64,000 nucleotides of DNA, from assembly GCA_000708835.1 (NCBI GenBank), contig DF237080.1:1-64000 (forward strand), given 5' to 3'. Of the stretch, positions 25,614 through 38,932 are shown in pieces (within the stretch, counting starts at the first letter, position 1; every line of letters begins with the position of its first letter). This DNA is from Klebsormidium nitens. Its lineage: Eukaryota; Plantae; Klebsormidiophyceae. The position numbers and the translations under genes are program-made. A model generated the notes under the pieces. The model ran no database searches, was not told the origin of the DNA, and was given only the letters and a program-made list of their open reading frames with translations.

Positions 25614-28600
25614 TCATACAATTTGCCAGTCCATCTTCTCCATTTTAGGGCACACCAATCTCACGCCGTCTCTGATTCCTCTCCCCCCTTCTGCGGCGAT
25701 CCAGCCCCTCAAGCATCTCAACTCCGGACAAGCAACCGTTGCGGACCGTAACTGCAGATCCGAAAACACTTGCGCTTCGCGAAGCTTCGGACACGTCACA
25801 TCCAGCACTAGTGACGGACCGTTAGGCGACAAATTGAGCGCATCTCTAGCTTTCCTTGGGTCAATCGAAGGCAACGGCACGGCTCCGTACATTCCCCCAC
25901 GCGCGATCGGTTCCTTTTGTGTGAGGCGCGAAACAAACGGCTCTTCTGGCGGGGGTGCGTCCGTGGCCGGACCGTCCCCTTCGACTTGTGTTGCAGCTGA
26001 ACGCGGGGCGCGGGGCGCTGCTGTTGAGGTCGAGGGCCCTACCGCCCTCCCTTCACCATTCATGCTGTAGGAACCTAGCATGTAGTCCGGCAGGAAAGGC
26101 GCAGGGGGAAAGTTGCAATAAGCGTCCAGGCTGCACAAAAACGCAATAGCTCCATGAGTGCGCTGTTCGTATGAGTCTCCCTTGGGTAAGAACAGAAAAT
26201 GCATCAAAGAGAGGGTGTAGTAATTGTGCTCGTCGTGATTGAGGGTCCCCTTTCTTTGCTGCCCCCCAGGCTTGCTTTGTTGCTTTAATAACAAGATCCA
26301 TTTGTAGGCACTTGCTCTTAAGGCAAGCCGTCGAAGGCCTGGTCTTGATAGCGTTACTGGTTGCGTAGGAATTTTGGAAACGTATTGTAATGGTCTGGAA
26401 CACCAGCGCGACCGACCAAAGCCCTAGAAAGGTTTAGCCGAGACACTACGAAAAGAGCGTAGACTTTAGCTGAGGTCAAAACAAAAAAGTCTTCCAGAAG
26501 ACTTGAGAAACAAGTCCGCTCACTCGTCTCCGTCCTGGGGTCCGTACGGATTGTGTTGTCCCGTGTTGAGACACATCATCGGCGGCGCAAAAAGGTGGCG
26601 GATTGGATCTTTCTAAGGAATGCGCATCGTGACAGCACGCTCAAGCGGACACTTCAGCGGAGGACAAAAGAAATCACCTTCTAAAACGAAGGAAGAAAAG
26701 CAAGCCTGCCCACTCTTCTCCATCCTGGAGTCCGTACGGAGTGTATCCGCCGTTGTTGAGGCGCAGTATCAACTGCGCAATCTGGGGCGGAACGGACTCT
26801 CCCATCGCGACAGCACGCATAGACTTCAGCCGAGAACAAATCTAGCAAGATTTGGAGAGAAGAAAAAGCAAAGGAGAGAAGAAAAAGCAAATGTGCTCAC
26901 TCCCTTCTCCGTCCCGGAGTCCGTACGGAGCATACCCGCCGATTTTTTGTCGCATAATTACTGCGCAATTGCGGCAAAATTTAATCTAGGCGACTGCAAC
27001 GCTTAAGCGTAGACTTCAGCCGAGAACAAAACAAGCAGGTTTTGGAGAAGGAAAGAAGAAAGCAAGTCTGCTCACTCTTCTCCGTCCTGGAGTCCATACG
27101 GGGCGTACCCGCCATTGTTGAGACGCCGCATTGGCTGCGCAAACATGCGGCGGAACGGGTCTTCCCACGGGTTGTGCATCGTGGGATGAGACGAATACGG
27201 GCCGGGGCAGATGCACCAGGAGTGGTCGGAACTGAGGCGGAAGCGGCGCTGGAAAGAGGGGGCCGGAGACGCCACGGTCCAAACCTGCAAGTAATTTGTC
27301 AAACATTTAAAAACCTGTTTAAATAGCAGAAATCAAATTTTCATTTATTTTCTTTTGTGTACTTGTGGTTTATTTAACCCATTGACCATAAGTACTACGA
27401 TTGGGGGTATATTCATAAGAAAAGGTTCGTCAACAGACTCTGTACTGAAAACGTTTTGTTGGTGTCCTTACAGGTGACGGTCAGGTTGGGATTTATCCTG
27501 TGATACTGGAGAGAGGGAGAAATTGTTTTGTCGGTGCTGAGAGACTCATGCATGTTGAATTGATCGTGTGATACTTGTCAAGCTGAGACAGAACTTCTGC
27601 TGGTGCACTACGGTTTTTCGTTCTGAAACAATGATGTGTTTTTGAGAGGCTGATTGAAAGCATAACCGGAAGCCGCAGCCAGGCTGAGACGATTACACTG
27701 GTGACTGAAACGCGCTGGAAGAAGGCCGATGGGGAAGCGAAGCTGGACTTGCACATGCCGAGGCCTTATGTGTTTTTGGACTGTCGTTTGTGGTGCTTTT
27801 CGTCAGAACCATACTCGGCTTTGTTACCGAACCCCGTGTGCAACTGATGGCTTTCGCGGATCCAATAGAAAGTAAAGAATGTCTGATCCAGTTATACCAG
27901 CGGATGTGTTGTGGGAACATCTACAGAGCGCCAGCAGGCTTGCATAAGCTTCCCAAAAGCACCAACCGTCGATCAGTCCGCAATGGGCTCATATTACAAC
28001 TTCCCACACGCCTTTGACACGAAACCTCTGAACATTCAGCCCGTGATGTAAGTTGTAAGAGCATCAAGCAGGCCGAACCCACTTCGCTAGACTGCCCAGC
28101 TCCCTCGGTTGCAGAGAGCAGAGCCACAAAATGCGAAAGAGCTTTCCCCTCCTCTCACCTGAATATGCAATTCCTTCAGGCTCGGAAACTCTTCTCCCAG
28201 TAGGGCCTGGTACTCCCACACGACCTTATTCTCCCCCCACCTCGTCCGCCTTTTTTCTTTTCCCCCCTCCTCAACCTTCTCCTTTCCTTTCCTCGACTGC
28301 TTCGCTCCTAGCCCAAGTGGATCGAACCGTCTCTCCGCCCCTCCCCTCACTTCGCTGCTTGAACGGCCATCCAGTTCGTTGAGAATGTTCTCTTCAAACA
28401 TGTTCATGTCGTTCAGTCGTACCCGCTTCGCCGATCCACTGGCTTCCGATTCCGCCGGCCTTTTGGCGCCTTTCGCTGCCCCGCTCTCTTCCCCCCCATT
28501 CGTCATTCCCTGCTCGCCAGGCTCCGCTGCCCCCCCAGGAGCGGCCTCTTCCTCCGCGGAACCTTTAGCCTTCCCCTCGCCCACGGGGGCGTTTAGAGCT

Positions 28601-31600
28601 TCCGGGTCGAGGGGGATCCCCCCGGCGTTGTGAAGCGCGGGAAGGAGGCTCGGCATGGCGGCGCGGATTGCGGAGAACATCTGGCGGCGGCTTGCCTCAG
28701 GAATGAAGTTGTTGGGGTCCGCCAATTCCATTGCGGTCGCAAACATGGACTGTAACGCCTCGTTGTCCTGCAGACCAAACGGTTCGAGGGTTTGCTTCGC
28801 GCATTGCAAGTTCGAATCTTCGGGTATAGAGCAGGCACTGGACGCCCTACTTCGAGCGCGCAACTCGTGACGTCAGCTGATTGCCTGTTCCAGTCTTGGA
28901 TTGCAGCGTCGTCGCAAGGACTGGATGAGCTGCCTTCCAATCGAAAGCCCTCTACCTCCAAACCGGTCGGATAAACCAGCCATTCTGCCAGAAAGGCTCT
29001 CTTCGCTTCAGACTTTCTCGCGGCTTTACTCAGTGACGGGCGCTCAAAGCGGCCGGAGCTAAGCGTTTCGGCGACGCGCTCAGTGCGAAACGTCGTGAAA
29101 CAACTAACCTTGGAACCCGGAGCTCTCACAAGTTTGAATTGTTTTGAGGCGTTTCTTTTGGAGACGGACCAGCTAATGGTGGGCTTGTGATATCTGCAAA
29201 CGGCCTGTTTATTGTTAATCGTTTGTGGAAATGGAAAATCTAGCACTGAAAGCGAGCGTCAAAGGTCGTTTCAAAGCCAAAAAAAGGTCAGGTCAGATCA
29301 AGCTTTCCTACCTGGAGAAAAGCGCTCATGTCGGGGGCATCCGGCAGGAAGTCCCGCAGGCTGCGGATCTGCTCGAGCGCGTCCTGCCCCGTCAGCCGTG
29401 ACGTCAGCTTTTCTACCACTTTCGGGTCGGACTGCGCGTCCGGGTCCAGGTGCAGGCCCCCCGCTACCACTAGCGTCTCCAGCTTTGGGCATCCCGCCTG
29501 TGGAAAACGAATGTGTGAGTTCCGATTTTATGAAGGGTAAGCGCCATGAAGGTAAACAGCAACACCTAGCTGAAAATCTAAACCCACACTGTACACGCTC
29601 CGCACCCATACCCACCCTAAGCCCCCAAGCTAAACCCATCCGTTCCACTTACCCTTTATGGTCCTCACCCTTCAAGATTTCGAGCGGCATAAAGATTGTA
29701 CTTAATTGGATAATGCGGCCTTACAGCTTCCAGTTTGACAAATCACTTTTGCATTGGTCGGCTTTTCAGGCTTCCGGGACGCTTCTTAGCTCGTTTTCAG
29801 ACTGCCGTCTGGGGCGCGGATGCTTTACACTGACAAAAGCGCCGGCTTTCTGCACCCGTTCGTCTCGCTCGTGCTTTCAACAGAAAACCAGAGAACCTGA
29901 AAAGAAGTTTCAAGAGCCAAAGAAAACAAGGTTCTGACGGAAGGATGGCAGAAGCGCCCTCTGAAGACTCAGCTAGGTCCCTTGCTGCTGGCAAATAAGA
30001 AGCGAGGAGCGAAAGACGAAAACCGCGACGAGACAGAATAGAAACAAGCTCAGTATCAAGACCGACAGAACGCGGGCTCGATTGACATCTCACCCCGATC
30101 GCAGTCAGCGACGGCGGCAGCACGTTGAGGTGCAGTTCCGTTAACTCGGGGCAGGCGAAGGAGCACGTGGACGGATTGCCGAAGGAACGGAACGCGAGCA
30201 GCTTGAAGCATTCCAGCGTCTTGGATTGAACAGTGAGAGTGTGGGGCTTGGCCTGCGAACGGAAAAAAAGGGCTAATCGTTCCCTTTTGATCCAGTCTTC
30301 CTGGGCCGTGTAAAATCCTGACTCTCCTAGGAAAGGCCTTGGTGGTGAACGACGCTTTTCGCGACTACTTTTTTCTGCAAAGTGGTCTTGTGGCAGTCTG
30401 TTTGTCGGTGTTTGAAGCTGTTTGAAGCCTTAACAAGATGATTCTTCCTCAACTGTCTCATTGTGAGCACCGGAAGTGTAACGGCTTGGCACGTCTGCGG
30501 GTATTGCTGACAAAAATCTTCCATCCTTTTTGTCCTCAGACGGTCGGACAGAGTGTTAGGAGATTTGAAAGGACAGCAAAGCAGAGGTGCGAGATTTTGA
30601 CACTGGGCGGCTGCTGCAAGAAACTTCAAGCAAGTTTGCTCACTAGTTGCCCTGTTTTGCCTTTCTCGAGGCAATCTTCCTTGGATCCAATTGCCGTGCA
30701 CAGTAGAGAGGTACCCTCACGTCAGGCGAACGCCGATCGGAGAGCAGCTTGGCCGTGCTGATGTCACATTCCTTCACTATGCAGACCGGTTCACGCTTGT
30801 ATGAAATGATGCCTACCAATTCCTATAAGTCTTTCAGATTGCTAATAGAATGCAGCTTCAACAGCTCGAGTCGCTAGAAACCAACTTCATCTTGAATGTG
30901 CTAAACACTGCTCAGCAAACCGCCAAAGAGTGTCCTTTGCTTCTGACCTTGGGCATCTCCATTTGGAGGGTTTTGATCGCTGGGAAGCTGCTGGAATCCA
31001 CACGCACAGCGTCCCCCAGGTACGCAAGCAACTGCACCTTCTCGAGACGCGGGCACTGCGCTGCAAACTTCAGTGACGTCACACCAAACGGCACAAGGAG
31101 CTCCTGGAGACAGATCGAGGAACTGAATTTGTTTGCAGTTCCTTCTTGGTGTGATTACGTTCCAAATGTCAGGAAATGTCACACCAATGGTACCCGAAAC
31201 TCTGGAAACGAGAACAAGAGTTGGGCTTGTGGGCGGTTCCTTTTTGGTGCGACGAGACTCCAGCGCCTAGCAACAAAGTCGAGGGGAAAAGAGGCGCATG
31301 CCGCACGAACGTAATGCCTATGCCGCTGTCTGCCTTAAGCCACAGCAAGGGAAGAATTAGGCGTTGAACAAGTGCGTCGGTTACAAGGACAGCAGCAAGC
31401 AATCTACAAACAACTGTCATGGTAGACAGTGGCATCGCAGCAAAACATGGTTTCTAAGATCACGGTCGGAATTTCCATCAAGAGGGCGCCGATTTTAGAA
31501 GCGCCAATCTATGAAAGAAACGCACTGCTCAGGACTGGGTGATAGGGATAAATCTTGCGTCCAAGCAGCCCCACGATGATCCAATCCTCAACGCTGAAGT

Positions 31601-34600
31601 CAGCGTCCGACGTCAGGCTGACGTCACACTCACCGTCACGTGCCCCAGCGCCAGCTTGAGCTGCCGCAGGTGCACGAGTAGGTGCCTAGGGTTACACAGG
31701 TCGAGCTCGGTGAGCTGAGGCGCTGCCACGTGTACTTGTCGGAGATCGCACGAGTGCGCCACCAGCTGGAACTCGACGAGGCTCTCACTGTCGACTGCGA
31801 CGACGTCGCACCCCTTGTCGCAGTAGATCTGCAGCTTGCGCAGCTTGCGGAGGGAACCCAGCACCGCTGTGTCCTGCACAATCAGATATGTGGACTTCAG
31901 CAGCATAGGTACATTTACATACCGTCCCAGCGTCTGATTTCATCAGTTCTGGATGCTGAAATATTCATTTATGAGGTGTTCGTCGTGTTCGTCGACTTGG
32001 TGCCACCTGCTAACAAATAACATCATCGTTTTTTGCCGCCCCTTGTTGGCAGACCGGATCATTGGATCATGTATTGATTGATCGGACCTTGGAACGGTGA
32101 TTGGGTACGGATGCGCACTGAGGAAGCGCACCGGAAAAACCAGATTCGAGAAGCGCACGAATTTTTCAGCATGACCAAGTGGCAAGAAGAAATCAATGTG
32201 CAAACCCCTGTCTCACCTGCGCTGTTTTCACGTGGATCTTGAGCTCTTCGACATCCGGCGTAAACTTTAGCGTGGCCGGCAGCGCGGCCGTCCGTCCCGG
32301 CAGGTTCGCCGTCCGCAAACACGGCGCCCAAATCTCGGACAGAAACCCGTCCGTCGCCGCGTCCGGCGGCTCCGCCCCGGGAAAGAACCGCCGGTGCATG
32401 GTCGGCCCGCGAACCTCTAGAGCTTCCAGCCGGCGGCACGAAATCGCCACGTGCTTGCGACCGTCTAGGTGTTTCGCGAAGCTGCCGAGGGCCGCCGTGA
32501 GGGTTTGCACCGTCGGGTGTTCGACCGTGAGCGACGTGGCGCACGAAGAGGTGAGGCCGAGGCGCAGGGTACGGAGCGCGGGGAAACCGCCGGACAGGAC
32601 GAACTCGGGTTCGAACAGCGCGTCGAGGACGAGCGTCCGGAGGGCGGGGAGGGTGGACCCGGCTTCGGACAGAGTGGCGCCGTTGATTGGGAAGCCCAAG
32701 CGGAGGTCCTGTGCGGGAAGCGACCGGAGGGTTGCGCACTTTCCGGGTTTTGGGGGCTTTCGTAGGGGCCTTTCTAAAAGAGTTGTCCTTAAGTACGAGG
32801 TACCGAGTAGAACAGCCAGGATGATTGAGATTCTAAGAGCTTGAACGGTAGTTTCTAGATTGGACAAGTCCCGATGAAACCCTTTCAGATTGTCAGCATT
32901 GAAGCAGGTCGCAGAAGGAGGTAATTCTGTGCACGCTCATCCCTTTGTATAACTCGCTGTCCAGCGCAAGCGAGCAAGTTTCTAAAGCTGAAACGGTACG
33001 CACCTCCAGGGCGGGGCAGTTCAGCTGCAACACACGCATGTCGGACGGTTTCGGGCGGTCCTTTCTGGAGAGACGCGTCCGAAGATCAAACACAGGCGCC
33101 CGCTCCTCGTCTGACTCGACTTCGGTTTCCTCATCGGGCCCAGCGCCAGGCCTGCAAAGAGAAACGATGGCCTTACTCGTTTGACACTATTTCGTTTCGT
33201 CACCGGGGACTCTCATTTAAACGACGTGCAAATGAAAGTAGCCGGGGGACTCCGTTTAATCGGGCATTTGCAAGGGCATTCTCGTGGCGACTGTCGAAGC
33301 CTTTCAGAGATGGGGCCAGATTCCAGAGCGAATCGGAATCAGTAATGATTGGGCAGCTTCCAATTGATGGAGAGATTTTTAGCGCAAATCCACTCAGCAG
33401 TCTTACATGGACCGAAAGGAAGTGAGGCGATCACTGCAGTAGAGAAGTGGCATTCTCAAGCGAGGTTCGATACTCTGGAAGGAAGGGCAAATGCCGGGCG
33501 CTAAATTGCATCTGTCCAGTTTGCTACATTTCTACTTCAGCCTCACCCGCTAGTCACATCCGCCAGCACTACTTTCGAAAACAAGGCTTCAAGGCCCTCA
33601 CCTGTACGGGCGTTTCAACACGAGTCGCTTGAGGCGAGGCATGTCAAGTGTAATGTCGCCCGGGTAAATAAACCCGTGCATCTCGATCGATTCGAGAGTG
33701 GTCGACGCACAGTGCCGGCTTTGCACCGGTCCCAGGTTGCTCGTCACCTCCTGCAAGTAGCCCCACGGCAGGCGGCTGGAGCAGGAAAGTGACAGGTGGC
33801 GCAACGTTCGGAATTGGTGCGTCAGCGCGTTGACGGCGTCGGTGCCTGTGATGAGGTCATGGTGCCGTCAGCAGGACATGGAAGCTATTGGGAAGATCCA
33901 TCGGAAATGGTGAAGCACGAAAGCGACAGGTGGCATCATGGTACGCAATGCCGTGATTGACCTAGATGGCGGCAAGGCCTGATGATGAGGTCACACTGAC
34001 GTTATAGGAGCAGTGAAATTATCACGGACCGGCAACAAAAATACTTTTGCTTTGGATACTCAGTCGCAGTGGAAGCATTCAAACACAGAAGCTAAAATCA
34101 CAAACACCGAATGCCTCAAGGAAAGCCGCTTCACCGATAACCCACGGAGGAACCCCTTGGCAGTCGAAGATATTAGATTGCCCTTTAAAGCCTCAATAGG
34201 AGTGCTAAACACCTGATCTCCTACAAACCATTTGATATTTACCAGCATAGATTTGTGTGTCGATTTGTTCAGAGTCTCGGAGAATCCTGGTTCAAAGTCT
34301 TGAAAAATTTAGGTCAGAAAAGTCAAGTCCCGGAGCCACTCACAGTATGCTACGTCGGCCATCCCCTTGACCCTCAGCGTCTCCAGCCGCGTGTGACGGA
34401 CCATCGAGAAGTGCTCCACCTTTCCATACGGCAGCTCCAGCGTCTTCAACACTTTGCACCCTTGCAACAAGCGCCTCACCGCCTCGTCGAAGTTCTTGAC
34501 GGGGGGCATCAGCCGCCCCCGGAGCAGCGCTCTCCGCCCGTTCGGGTCGCGCTCCCATGCCTTGTGCTTTCGCGCCTCGGCAGCCGCCAGTGGGCCCAGA

Positions 34601-37366
34601 TTCCCAGGGGCCAAGTCCGCGAGATTGGCATAGAACTGCTCTTCATAGGTTTTCTCCCAATCCTCTGGGGGAGTGTCCATCAGCCTGTCGAGCGCCCCCA
34701 TGGCTGGAGACTCCGCCAGCGCAGGGGCCCTGTTTGGTGGCCCGCCAAGACCCCCCACACTCTTGGAACTCGGCACTGCTTCATTTCTTGGGGCACTGCT
34801 CGCGGGACTGGCCGCAGCCCCCCCGTCTGAAGCGGACGGAGCATCCGCCGCAACAGGCACAGCCTTTTCTGCAGCCACTCCAAGGCCCCCTTCTTTCGAA
34901 GAGCTTGGTAGGTCCGCGCCATCAGTTGGCTGCTCGTTTCCAGGCGCATCAAGGTTCTTCTTCATGGCAGCTTTGAGTGAGTCTTCCAAAGACGATGGGC
35001 CCCCTCCTCCTGGCGGCCATTGCTCGCCCCCAGCTTCCTTTGCATCTTTTCCCCCAGGCGCGCGGTTCAGATCCCCAGGCAAGCCTACTTGTTCGGGCCC
35101 TTTTTCATCTTTGCTCCCATCATCCCCCTCACCCTCACTATCTGAGGAACCTGGATCGGACGGCCAGTCTCGTGCCGCCACACGACCTCCACGGTGGGGG
35201 GGATCCTGAGCCTTACCGCGAGTGGGGGGTATCAGGCGGTAGTGCCCTTGGTCTAGCACTACCCGACCCCGCTTACGAGGGGGCTGCACCCGCCTCCCTG
35301 CGTCGATTGCCCCAGGAACCCGCGGTCCTCTGCCGCCCCCATCTTCATCAGACGGCCCCTCCTCTTCAGCATTCTCCTCCCCTCCGCTAACATCAGCAGA
35401 GTCGAAAACTGGGAACCCTGGTGCATCCCCCTCTCCGTCACCTTGCTCTTCTCCCCCCCATACTTCCCCAGCATGCCCACCCCCCCACCCCCGCTTCCCG
35501 CCGCTGCCAGCAACCTGCGCCCGGAGTTCCTCCTCCAACATTGTTTGCAAGCTCTCTTCGTCGGACTCTACCTCCTCGTCCTCGTCTTGGTCACACACAT
35601 CCCCTGGGTTTTGAAACATCCCGGGAAACACACCCCCTGCTGGCATTGGCAGGATAGGTTCCCCTGGGACCGGCATCTGGTCGTATACGTCTTCCATGCT
35701 CCTAAATATCTGGCCTATGTCGTCGACCTTGAATTCTTCCTCAAGGTCCGAGTCAGCAAAGCGGGGGGGCGCGTCGTCGTCCGAGTCTCCGTCTGAAGGG
35801 CCGTCAGAAGGATGTGAAGGGGTGGGGTATCTGGAAGAAATTTTGGTCGACGGCGCCAGAAGGCGCAGGGTTTGCAAGTGGGGGCAGGCTTTGGCGACCG
35901 CGGCGAGAAACCCTCCCAATAGACTGCAGAAAAAAAGGTGCGCAGATAAGCGGTCTGTCTGTCAGCAAGAAGTGGCAGGGTGGATACCGAATCCTACAAA
36001 AGACAAACATCGTGCGACGAGCAGACAAAACTAAATGGGGAGCAGATGGAGATTTTTTCCTATCGAGGAGATCTGTATATGACACTGGCCAAACTGGTCA
36101 AAGCAGTTGGGTAGGAATTGAGGACTGTGTAGGAACGATCACAGAAAGCAATCAGGAAGGCAAAGGACTGATTAGACAAAGCAATGGGGAAGGCAAAGTC
36201 AAACCTGGAACTAGTGAAGTACAAAGTACAGAGGGGCATCATTGTAGGACATTTTGCTTCTGGTTAAATTACCTGGTCAACAAAGAGTGTCCCAGAATAA
36301 TCCCCTTAAATTCATCTACTCATAGACAGTCCGATTATTTGAAGCATCGATCGGCTCTGACAATGTCAATGTCAACCTTGAAAATGCAACCTGTTCCTTG
36401 TTGGCAAATTGAGTAAAATGCAGTGCAGCAGCCTCGATGTTTGGTCTTACTGATCGGCGCAAGAGCCTCAACCACATGGGAATCAGAATGCTGTATCAGC
36501 AACTACAATTACAGGACAATTTCAACCGCTTGAAGCATAGAATGCTCCCAGCCTTGGATTATCTGTGACCCTGACATTTTCGGACATCTGAGAATTAGCA
36601 AAGTAAGTGAACTCAACACACCCTTGATAAGACCGCTGTGCATTATGCACTCCGCTTCCCCACAATTGCTCAAATGTTTGATGAATGTATTTGATGCCAA
36701 TGTTGGCCAACTCCAAGAATTGATCAGGTAATCAATCAGAAGAGAGACAAAACAGATTCAGAGTTATTGAATCATATCAAAACAGTGAATTTCGAGAATT
36801 ACGCCTTTTTGAATCAATATAGCTTGAAAAAGCAGGAGAGCCATCAATTAGCAAACTGAAAGAAATCGTAAAGCACAATGTGCATACCTGAGGCCGCCCC
36901 TCTCAGGGAGAAACTGCAGCAGCACCTCCCTCATGTTGCCTTGCAGCAAGGGTGCAATCTCCGCCAGTTCCGCTGCTGGCACCGTGCGCCATTCCAGCGT
37001 CCTCAGTCTAGTTGGCACCTCCCCTGCCTGGATCATTGCCCCAACACACTGTGCAAGCTGGTTCCCTGTTCCATGGTTTACCATACGCAGAACCATGGCA
37101 TTCTTCAAAAACCCTGGGAGCCATTTCAGAATCAGAGACAGCTTAACTGTCTCCTGGAGCACTGGAGCAACGAGAGGCGGTGTGCTCCTGCTAGTACGAG
37201 GATTTTTGTAAAACTGGATTGTGTTATTTACGAAGGGAACTTGCAACGCGAGGCGCTTGAAGCGCTGGTCCACAAAGGAGATGCGCAGGACGTCCTTGGC
37301 AGACAGCAAGCTGAAGATGGAGATCCACTGCTCGTCGGGCAGGGTGTCGCATGTTGCAGCCTCCAT
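25614..37366 (-). CDS. Giant F-box/leucine-rich-repeat (RNI-like) protein, 12 exons, ~1682 aa
   Basis: N-terminal F-box LPDEQWISIFSLLSAKDVLRISFVDQRFKRLA and many CPxLxxLxL-type LRRs (ACPHLQTLRL, NCPALE, GFPALRTLRL, QCPRLEKVQL, ACPELTELHL, GCPKLETLVV, TCPKLREA). Phase-consistent exons: 37366-36888, 35923-34344, 33845-33602, 33151-33004, 32708-32217, 31873-31634, 31103-30948, 30252-30094, 29497-29312, 28863-28159, 27284-27076, 26064-25614 (5049 nt). The acceptor at 28863 is the least certain. Confidence 0.82.
26450..27130 (-). repeat. ~190-bp-period tandem array made of the 3' end of F-box exon 11 plus the start of its intron: 1 real copy and 3 decayed copies
   Basis: The core ctcactcttctccgtcctggagtccrtacgg recurs near 26519, 26708, 26895 and 27070. 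agacttcagccgagaacaaa-like sequence recurs near 26461, 26651, 26821 and 27012. Confidence 0.85.
29572..29643 (-). repeat. Inverted, TIR-less copy of the interior of the 19879-20061 element, in an F-box intron
   Basis: acacgctccgcacccatacccaccctaagcccccaagctaaaccc matches the reverse complement of 19935-19995 (gggttagtttgggggttagggtgggtacgggtgcggagcgtgt). Confidence 0.75.
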
Positions 37367-38132
37367 TTTGGCACCCGTCCAGCTACTTCTGAAAAAGTTT
37401 CCAAGTTCCCTCGTGTTGTCCTCGCACGACCCCAACCTCAGCAGGGCAAGAATTCTCCAGCAGAGAGAGCCAGCTTCACGTGCCTCAGGCTTCAGGCAGC
37501 TCTTTCAATCTGCATTGCAAAGCACAGATGCGCCTCTCGGCCTCTCAGTCTCGGGCTCTGGCTTCTATTCAGGAGTTCAAAGTTTAGTTCGTGGTGCTGT
37601 CTTAAAATTCTGCTGGGCAAGATGGTGTTATTATACGATCCGACCGTTTTACCGGTACGGATAGGGGTTGTGTCGATGGTTCTCATCCTATGCTCCTACA
37701 GATCCCCAAAAGAGCATAGAACTACCACAAGCAACTCGAGGCGTATACGCCGAGTTCTACTTCTAGAGGCAACCTATCTTCTAATCTTAAAAGGTTCGAG
37801 ATCATTATAGGCAACGCTTATGAATGTTTTCAATCGACTTGCATGCAAGCCTCACTCATATGGAGCTTCTAACACTATTCTACATCGAAGCCTGTCTAAA
37901 GTGGACTATGCTGGAGCCGTTAAAAACCCCCCCAGGGTCCTTTGGCTTCTTTCTTGGACCCGCCTTTTGCGGTGGGGAAAAGGTACTCCAAGTTCCAACG
38001 TGCTTCGATGTAGAATCGTGAAGAAGACCTTGCGCGCCGTCAATCTGAAGATGGGTTCAAAGATGCATGGATCCTGATTCCTTCGCCTCAATCCTGTGCC
38101 CGCTGCCCGGCGAATCTGCTGTCCGGTCACAG

Positions 38133-38302
38133 TACAGCTGTTTGCGTCAAACTTGCAATTGGGTCACTTCCAGACTCTTGGAGCGTGGTTCCTGATCTTG
38201 GGCCGTCCGATGCCTGCATTGTCGTCAAACGAACGGTTCAAGATCAGGAACCATGATCGGAGCATCGGAAACTCGACGGCAGGTTTGACGCAAAGAGCTG
38301 TA
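38133..38302. repeat. 170-nt foldback between the divergent F-box and MYND genes
   Basis: The outer arms 38133-38156 and 38279-38302 pair at 22/24. The inner arms tggttcctgatcttg (38186-38200) and caagatcaggaacca (38239-38253) pair at 15/15. Confidence 0.8.
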
Positions 38303-38932
38303 TGTCTCGGTGGGGGAGCAGCGCGCCATGAACCGTCAATTATTTCGCGGTCCGGTTCGTATTTTGCGGTCACACGACGACAACTGGACGTGCCGGTTAC
38401 TCGTATCTACGGTAGCGGTTTCCCGGGTTATGGAAACCGGCTGGATTCACAAATTCAAAGCATATGATGGAAAATTTAGCGCTGCGAGTTTGGTGGAGGG
38501 GAGAGACTCAGAGAGCCCAGCTGAATTTGGGGCTAGCAGAAGGGTGGGGAGACTTTGAAGCATAGGGAGCCAGCCAAACGTTGGCCCTGGCGCGGGGTGG
38601 GCTAACTGAACCCTGGTGTTGGCAGATAAGGCAATGCTGCAGCATCTCCTCAATAGACCCTTTGGAGCCCTGCGGACCACCGCCTCCTTGCGAACCGCCA
38701 AACAAACAGCTTCGCCAGCTCTACTTGTGCTGCCGTGTTGTGATGCTAGAGCGAAGATGGGTGGATAATGTGCAAGCAGGGGATGGAGCAAGTGCTCTTT
38801 GATAAGTACCTCCCTTCGATGCCTGATTCTCCTGGGGTTACTTCGGGTTGCGGTCATCGTGTATTGCGCTTCACGTGAGCTTTGTGTGGGATTCAGCCTG
38901 GCAGTGGCAGATCTTCTGAGTTTCTGAAGCAG

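Noticed and set aside
26450-27130. CRISPR-like repeat/spacer array
   Set aside because: The intervening segments are homologous to each other and to an exon end, the repeats are degenerate, there are no cas genes and the context is eukaryotic.
36060-36850. Additional F-box exons (LSSLTLLILRCPKM...)
   Set aside because: Exon 1 splices in phase directly to 35923, and the frames here are stop-bounded in AT-richer, intron-like sequence.
37930-38000. dsRNA-binding-like motif (AKGGSKKEAK) on the minus strand
   Set aside because: A single short match with no surrounding domain and no splice support.
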